Source: Nitrospinales bacterium
GTDB taxonomy: Bacteria; Nitrospinota; Nitrospinia; Nitrospinales; JAJDAT01
Reading direction: 5' to 3'
Assembly (NCBI GenBank): GCA_046757665.1
Contig: JBHHYO010000077.1
Span: 1-12,253 of the forward strand
Length of the DNA: 12,253 nt
The notes under the pieces are model-generated. The model made no database searches. It was given only the letters and a program-made list of their open reading frames with translations, and was not told where the DNA came from. Shown piece by piece: positions 6,946 to 12,253 of the stretch. Position 1 is the first letter of the stretch. Every line of letters begins with the position of its first letter. Both the position numbers and the translations under genes were made by a program.

Positions 6946-8136
6946 TTATCGGTCGCACTCTCCCCCGATCATGTTGATCATATCGAAGGTGGGAATGATG
7001 TCGGCCAGCATACTGCCCTTGATGATGTGGTCCATCGCCGAGGTCAGGGTAAAACTCGGCGGGCGAACGCGGCATTTATAGGGTTTGCCCGTGCCGTCGC
7101 TGACCAGGTAGAAACCCAGTTCGCCGTTGGCCGCCTCGGTGGGAAAATAAACCTCGCCGACCGGCGGCTTCAATCCGTCGATGACCAGTTTGAAATGAGC
7201 GATCATTTCCTCCATGCGGGAATAGACGTCCTGCTTGGAGGGATTACGCAGGTAAGGATTGTCCACATTAATCGGACCCTTGGGCATGTCGCGCATGGCC
7301 TGCTTGATGATTTTCAGGCTTTGCAGGATTTCCTCCATGCGCACCAGATAGCGGTCGAAGTTGTCGCCGGTGGCGCCCAGCGGGATGTCGAAGTCGATGC
7401 GGTCGTAGTGCATGTAGGGATGCGCCTTGCGCACGTCGTAATCCACGCCGCAGGCCCGCAGGCAGGGGCCGGTAAACCCGAAGGAGATGGCGTCTTCCCT
7501 GGAAATGATGCCCGTATCGCGCATTCGGTCCAGGAAAATCCGGTTCTTGGTCAGGAGTTTGTCGACATCCGCGTAGAGGCCGTCCAGCTTGGTGTAGGCG
7601 GATTGCAGGTCCTGGTCAAAGTCCGGCGGCAGGTCGCACATCAGGCCGCCGATGCGGATATAGTTGGAGGTCAGGCGCGCGCCGCAGACTTTTTCCAGAA
7701 GGTCCCAGACGAGTTCCCGCGCCTCGACGAAATAAATGAATGCCGTCAGCGCGCCCAGCTCCAGCGCGGCGGCGGCGACGTTGGTGTAATGATCCGCCAG
7801 CCGCGCCAGCTCGTTCACCACGATACGAACGTACTGGCAACGATCCGTGCATTCGATTCCCAAAAGCTTTTCCACCGCCAGGGCGTAACCGATATTGTTC
7901 ATGATCGCGGAACAATAGTTCAACCGGTCGGTGTACGGAAACACGTTCGTCCAGGTGACGCTCTCGCACATCTTTTCAAAGCCGCGGTGCAGGTAGCCGA
8001 TCTCCATGGTGCTGTCGACAATGGTTTCCCCGTCCAGCACCAGGGTGAATTTGACCGTGCCGTGCGTGGCGGGATGCGACGGCCCCATGTTCAGGACCAT
8101 GTGTTCCGTATGCAGGTTTTTTTGCAGGTCAGACAT
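6946..8136 (-). CDS. nuoD: NADH-quinone oxidoreductase subunit D (49 kDa subunit)
   Basis: 396 aa. NMGPSHPATHG (quinone-site histidines), IGYLHRGFEK, DRLNY (quinone-site Tyr), GELGFY, RVRPPS, C-terminal GECDR. No CxxC pairs of a NiFe large subunit. Confidence 0.96.
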   Translation of the reverse strand: MSDLQKNLHTEHMVLNMGPSHPATHGTVKFTLVLDGETIVDSTMEIGYLHRGFEKMCESVTWTNVFPYTDRLNYCSAIMNNIGYALAVEKLLGIECTDRCQYVRIVVNELARLADHYTNVAAAALELGALTAFIYFVEARELVWDLLEKVCGARLTSNYIRIGGLMCDLPPDFDQDLQSAYTKLDGLYADVDKLLTKNRIFLDRMRDTGIISREDAISFGFTGPCLRACGVDYDVRKAHPYMHYDRIDFDIPLGATGDNFDRYLVRMEEILQSLKIIKQAMRDMPKGPINVDNPYLRNPSKQDVYSRMEEMIAHFKLVIDGLKPPVGEVYFPTEAANGELGFYLVSDGTGKPYKCRVRPPSFTLTSAMDHIIKGSMLADIIPTFDMINMIGGECDR

Positions 8137-8158
8137 CGTTCTCTCGCTTTATCTTGAT

Positions 8159-10792
8159 TTATTCCGCCTTGGCGACGCGGACGGACACGAAACCCTCCTC
8201 GCCGTTGCGGAACAGGTTCACCGGATGCTGAACCCAGTTTTTGGGAATATAAACCATGCCCCTGGCGGTGATGCCGTTCACTTCCACGGGGAGTTCCAGC
8301 CGATGCTTTTCGGAGGCGATGACCACCTTGTCGCCGGACTGGATGCCGAGCGATTTGGCGTCGGCGCGGTTGATCTGCGCGATACAGTCGGGGCCGATTT
8401 CCGTAAGCGCCCTGGCGTATTGGGTATAGGATCCGATGTGAAACATGTGGTTGTTGGTTAACAGTTTGAAGGGATACTCTTCGCTGGAATCCGGCGTTTT
8501 GGTTTCGCCGCAAATCGCGAACTGGCGATGTTCCGCAAAGCCGTCGGGGAGCCATTGCCGGGAGCTGTAGCCATCCATCAGGCCTTTGTAAAAGGGAACG
8601 AGCCGTCCGATCTCTTCCTGAACTTCCGCGGGCGAGTCGGCGGCGAACGGTTTGTCCAGGGCGGCGGCCAGGTCGACGAGGATATCGAAATCGGTTCGTG
8701 CGCTACCCGGCGGCAGAATCGCCGGCGCCACCCGCTGGACGTGGCGCGTCATGTTGGTGAAGCTACCCTCCTTCTCGGCGTAAGAGGCGGTGGGGAGCAC
8801 GATGTCGGCCAGTTGCGCGGTGTCCGTCATGACGACGTCCTGCACGACGAGAAAAGGCACGGTGCGTAAGGCGTCGCGGGTAAGGCCGCCCTTGTAATAT
8901 GAGTGCACCGGGTCTTCCCCGGCAATGTAGAGCGCCTTGATTTCGCCGTTACGGCAATTCTCGAACAAGTTTTGCGCCGGGTTGTTGTCGTCGAACGCCG
9001 GCAGGTCGCATTGCCATTCCGCGGCGCAGTCCGCGCGGGCGGCGGCGTCCTGCGCCGGACGATAGCCCGGCAGAAATTCGGGCGTCACGCCCATGTCGTT
9101 GACCCCTTGGGAGTTGCAATGCTCGCGGGGCGGAAAAACGCTGACACTGCCTTCGCCGCCGCAATGCGCCAGCAGGCAGAGATTCAGAAGGGCGTTTAAA
9201 ATCTCTCCGCTCTGCTCGTTTTCAAGAATGTCGTTGCCGCACAGGATAAAACGATCCGCCTTGCGCGCAAACCGTTCCGCCGCGTGGGTCAGAACGTCGT
9301 CGGCCAGGCCGGTGATCTTCTCCGCGGCGTCCGCCGTGCACGAGGCGAGGGACTGCACGAAGGCGTCGTAATTCGGCAGTGCCGCCTTGACTTTTTCCAG
9401 GTCCACCAGATGGCGGTCGATTATGATGCGGCACAGGCGGTTGAGCGCCGCCAGGTCCGACCCGAGAGTGAAGGGCAGTCGTATCTCGACATTCGCTTCG
9501 TTCTGGAAGACGACTTTGCGCGGATTGGCGATGATAAGGTCCGTGCCCGTGAAGACCGCGCCCTTGCGGACGGCGTTGCCGGCGACGGGAAACTCCGACG
9601 GCAGGTCGGAATTAAAAATCAGCACGACATCCGCTTTCTCAAGCTCGGTCACCGGTTTGCCGGCGATACCGTTGGCGAAACAGTTCAGCATGAACCGGTT
9701 GACGGCGGGGCTTCGCAGGTTTTGCAGGTTGGTGACCTGGTTGGATCCGAAAATGCCGCGGAAAAGTTTTTGAAACAGATAACTTTCTTCGTTGGTCAGT
9801 TTTTCGCCGCCGATTCCGGCGATGCTTTGCGGACCGTTGCGGTTTACGGTGGCGCGTAGCCGTTCGGCAATGGTTTTGATGGCTTCCCCCCAGCCGATTT
9901 CCTGAAACGTGCCGCCGATGTTGATGAGCGGCGTGGTGAGCCGGTCGCCGGAGTTGACGAACCCGTGGCCGAACCGGCCCTTGGCGCACAGGTTGCCGTC
10001 GTTGATGCCGACGGCGCCGGCGTTGTCATCCGTTTCTATGCGGATCAGCCGCCCCTTTTTGGTTTCCAGATTGATGGTGCAACCCCAGGAGCAGAAGTTG
10101 CAGGTGGTCTCCGTCGAGGTGAAAAGAGCCGCCAGCCCCCGGGCCTCGGAGGTCAGGTCCATCAAGGCCCCCGTCGGGCAGACGGTGATGCACTGTCCGC
10201 AGAACTCGCAGTCGAGTGGCTCGTCGTTGGCGGTGCCGATGCCGACGCTCATGCCGCGCTTGTGAAAATCGAGGGCGTTGACTCCCTGGGTTTCGTCGCA
10301 GGCGCGCACGCACAAGCCGCACATGATACAGCGGTTCAGATAAAACTCGATGATGGGATTGGTCTTGATGCTCGGCTCGTTGCGCCGCTTGATTTCGAAT
10401 CGCCCGTTGTAAATGCCCATGGCCTCGGTGTTGTCCTGCAAGGGGCAGACGCCGGACTTGTCGCAGGTCGGGCAGTCGAGCGGATGCTCGACCAACAGCA
10501 TCTCCAGGCAGGCGTTGTTGTAGCGGTCGGTTTCCTCGGTGTGGATGGTGACTTCGATGCCCTCCGCCACCGGCTGGGTGCACGAATAGACCAACTCCTT
10601 GTCGCCGTTGCTACGCATTTCCACCATGCAGGTGCGGCAGGCGGCGAACGGTTTGAGCTTCTGGTTGTAACACAGGTTGGTGATCTCGAATCCGTTTTGC
10701 TTGGCGGCTTCCAGGATGGGGATGCCTTCCCGCGCCTTTACTTCCCGGTTGTCTATTTTGAAAGTGACGATTTTTTGTGTTGCGGTAGTCAT
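8159..10792 (-). CDS. nuoG: NuoG / FdsA-like multi-Fe-S protein with a molybdopterin-oxidoreductase fold lacking the Mo ligand
   Basis: 877 aa from ATG 10792 (MTTATQKIVTFKID; the track's 10870 start overlaps nuoE). 2Fe-2S motif C..CRTC..C; HPLDCPTCDKSGVC; CIMCGLCVRAC plus CEFCGQCITVC; CNFCSWGC..C; ADIVLPTASYAEKEGSFTN; C-terminal dinucleotide-binding-like domain. Confidence 0.8.
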   Translation of the reverse strand: MTTATQKIVTFKIDNREVKAREGIPILEAAKQNGFEITNLCYNQKLKPFAACRTCMVEMRSNGDKELVYSCTQPVAEGIEVTIHTEETDRYNNACLEMLLVEHPLDCPTCDKSGVCPLQDNTEAMGIYNGRFEIKRRNEPSIKTNPIIEFYLNRCIMCGLCVRACDETQGVNALDFHKRGMSVGIGTANDEPLDCEFCGQCITVCPTGALMDLTSEARGLAALFTSTETTCNFCSWGCTINLETKKGRLIRIETDDNAGAVGINDGNLCAKGRFGHGFVNSGDRLTTPLINIGGTFQEIGWGEAIKTIAERLRATVNRNGPQSIAGIGGEKLTNEESYLFQKLFRGIFGSNQVTNLQNLRSPAVNRFMLNCFANGIAGKPVTELEKADVVLIFNSDLPSEFPVAGNAVRKGAVFTGTDLIIANPRKVVFQNEANVEIRLPFTLGSDLAALNRLCRIIIDRHLVDLEKVKAALPNYDAFVQSLASCTADAAEKITGLADDVLTHAAERFARKADRFILCGNDILENEQSGEILNALLNLCLLAHCGGEGSVSVFPPREHCNSQGVNDMGVTPEFLPGYRPAQDAAARADCAAEWQCDLPAFDDNNPAQNLFENCRNGEIKALYIAGEDPVHSYYKGGLTRDALRTVPFLVVQDVVMTDTAQLADIVLPTASYAEKEGSFTNMTRHVQRVAPAILPPGSARTDFDILVDLAAALDKPFAADSPAEVQEEIGRLVPFYKGLMDGYSSRQWLPDGFAEHRQFAICGETKTPDSSEEYPFKLLTNNHMFHIGSYTQYARALTEIGPDCIAQINRADAKSLGIQSGDKVVIASEKHRLELPVEVNGITARGMVYIPKNWVQHPVNLFRNGEEGFVSVRVAKAE

Positions 10793-10817
10793 TGAAAAAA
10801 ATCCCGATGGTTCTCGT

Positions 10818-11381
10818 TCAAGCTTCGGACTTTTCGTCGGCGGTTGCCGCGTCTTCCGATTCATTTTCATAGCCGGCGAGGATCTCGCAGGTTTTCTCCG
10901 GGTCCATGTTGCCGATTGAGTCGTCGCCCACCATGATGATCGGCGCCGCGCCGCAATTGCCGAAACAGGAGGCGGTTTGCAGGGTGAGAAACTTTGTCGC
11001 GTCGGTTTCGCCGACCTTGACGTGGTATTTCTCGTCGATTTTATTGCAGATGATGGAAGCGCCCTTGACGAAACAAGCCGTTCCCGTGCACACCTTGACG
11101 ATATATTTCCCCGGCTCGGTGATCAGCAGTTGGGGATAAAAGGAAATGATCCCATAGACCTGGGCTTTCGAGATTCCCAGTTCCTCCATGACCAGGTGCA
11201 TGGCCTCTTCCGGAAGGTAGCGGTAAGCCACGTGTATCTTTTGCAGAATGGGAATCAGATACCGCCGGGATTTGGGGTAGCTGTCCAGGATTTCTTCCGC
11301 GGCGGTCAGGTCCAGCGCCTGTTCTTCCGGGGGAGGTTCGGTTGCGGTTATGTCGTCAGAAGTTTCCATAAAGTCGCTCAA
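10818..11381 (-). CDS. nuoE: NADH-quinone oxidoreductase subunit E (thioredoxin-like 2Fe-2S)
   Basis: LIPILQKIH, YGIISFY, CTGTAC...CFGNC (Cx4C / Cx3C). Start is TTG 11381 (AGGA 4 nt upstream) or ATG 11369. Confidence 0.92.
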   Translation of the reverse strand: MSDFMETSDDITATEPPPEEQALDLTAAEEILDSYPKSRRYLIPILQKIHVAYRYLPEEAMHLVMEELGISKAQVYGIISFYPQLLITEPGKYIVKVCTGTACFVKGASIICNKIDEKYHVKVGETDATKFLTLQTASCFGNCGAAPIIMVGDDSIGNMDPEKTCEILAGYENESEDAATADEKSEA

Positions 11382-11472
11382 ATTATCCTAAATTAGACTA
11401 AGGGGTTTTCAGCGTCAAAATCCAGCTATTTTGCGGGTTTTAAATGCAAAACGCAAGCAATTCGGCGAGGGC

Positions 11473-11502
11473 AGTATATAGACTGGGACATTTTACTGTC
11501 AA
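11473..11502 (-). promoter_or_regulatory. Sigma70-type promoter for nuoE-nuoG-nuoD
   Basis: Minus strand TTGACA (11502-11497), 18-nt spacer, TATACT (11478-11473), about 90 nt upstream of nuoE in an AT-rich intergenic region. A weaker TTGACG-N17-TAATTT lies at 11418-11390. Confidence 0.65.
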
Positions 11503-11682
11503 TAGATTTGTCGGCTTCGGATGATTGTCTGGAATAACTTGTTTTAAAATGAGTTGCGGGTTTGTTGCCGGAACGGGGCGCGGGAGTGCCTGTGCTTTTT
11601 GCGCCTGGTGCCGGCCAATCCGGAGTACTGGAGCGAATAATGAATACATTTACAGGGCCAGCCGGAAGGCGGCAATTTCGAG

Positions 11683-12195
11683 TCAGGAGTATTCGTTCAC
11701 CGCTCTTCCCTTGTTGAGCGTGTAAAGGAAGACGGTTTTGTCCTTGCTGGCTTTCGCGGGCGTCATGCCGCGCAGGCAGAACCGGTAGCAGACAATCCTG
11801 ACGCCCGGCTTGAGCTGTTCGACGATTTCCGGAACCAGCCGGTCGATCGCCTGATGCGTGAGGTAAAGATAAATGATGTCCGCTCCGCTGTAATCGAAAC
11901 CGTGGATACTGCGCCGCCGGATTTCGATTTGCCGGTCCAGTCCCTTGAGGCGGATCAACAATCGGGACAGCCAGACCTTGATCGGGTCGATTTCCACGCC
12001 GACGCCTCGCAAGCCGAATTGTTCGACAGCGACGATCAATACGCGCCCGTCGCCGCTACCCGGATCGTAAATCGTTTCGCCGGGCCGGGCTTCGCAAAAC
12101 TTGAGGATTTCGACGATTTTTCGTTTCGAGGTGGGATGCCACGGCGCGCCATACAGCATCGGCACGAGCACAACAACCGCCAGCAACAACACCAA
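11683..12195 (-). CDS. Membrane-anchored class I SAM-dependent methyltransferase (FAM173/aKMT-like)
   Basis: N-terminal hydrophobic helix, GAPWHPT, motif I YDPGSGDGR, GVEIDP, IIYLYL, LKPGVRIVCYRF. Start uncertain; the frame is open up to 12246. Confidence 0.85.
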   Translation of the reverse strand: MVLLLAVVVLVPMLYGAPWHPTSKRKIVEILKFCEARPGETIYDPGSGDGRVLIVAVEQFGLRGVGVEIDPIKVWLSRLLIRLKGLDRQIEIRRRSIHGFDYSGADIIYLYLTHQAIDRLVPEIVEQLKPGVRIVCYRFCLRGMTPAKASKDKTVFLYTLNKGRAVNEYS

Positions 12196-12253
12196 CGCCA
12201 GCAGAACGATGGAAAGAAAATCAATCAGAATAAGTCCGCGCCTCGGTTATGAA

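Noticed and set aside
6946-8136. Group 4 [NiFe]-hydrogenase large subunit
   Set aside because: Lacks the N- and C-terminal CxxC Ni-binding motifs and has the NuoD quinone-site His/Tyr residues.
6913-8157. 414-aa plus-strand ORF and other long antisense ORFs (250-996, 6081-6977, 9965-10795)
   Set aside because: They lie antisense to well-supported genes (nuoD, PBP1A, flippase, nuoG) and have no recognisable motifs; such shadow frames are expected from GC-rich codon usage.
8159-10792. Active formate dehydrogenase or selenoprotein
   Set aside because: No Cys/Sec-His at the Mo-ligand position and no in-frame TGA.
10793-10870. Longer nuoG N-terminus overlapping nuoE, or a nuoE-nuoG frameshift fusion
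   Set aside because: nuoE ends normally with an acidic tail and stop; ATG 10792 starts directly before the 2Fe-2S domain.
1-12253. CRISPR array, tRNA/rRNA, integrase/transposase or phage-defence genes
   Set aside because: I saw no regularly spaced direct repeats, tRNA-like cloverleafs or recognisable mobile/defence protein motifs on manual reading.

Overview
A GC-rich bacterial chromosomal window; the gene content suggests a Nitrospinota/Deltaproteobacteria-type organism (inference only). Minus-strand block on the left: LRR protein, a 58-aa ArfA-like small ORF missed by the ORF track, a CGTC-type palindromic repeat, a DUF5069-like protein and class A PBP1A. Plus-strand block in the middle: secreted TPR protein, a strong terminator with no gene directly before it, a secreted protein with Dx[DN]xDG motifs and a long-tailed TatA. 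Minus-strand block on the right: membrane-anchored SAM methyltransferase, a sigma70-like promoter, an atypical nuoE-nuoG-nuoD cluster without nuoF, and a flippase-like membrane protein. Best finding: the unannotated ArfA-like ORF (3168-3344, minus) has its last 10 codons and stop codon inside a 26-position hairpin that pairs better on the mRNA strand. This resembles the RNase III/tmRNA-controlled non-stop design of E. coli arfA, so it is a candidate divergent ribosome-rescue system. Second: the FdsA-like five-cluster NuoG lacking the Mo ligand, in a nuoF-less operon.
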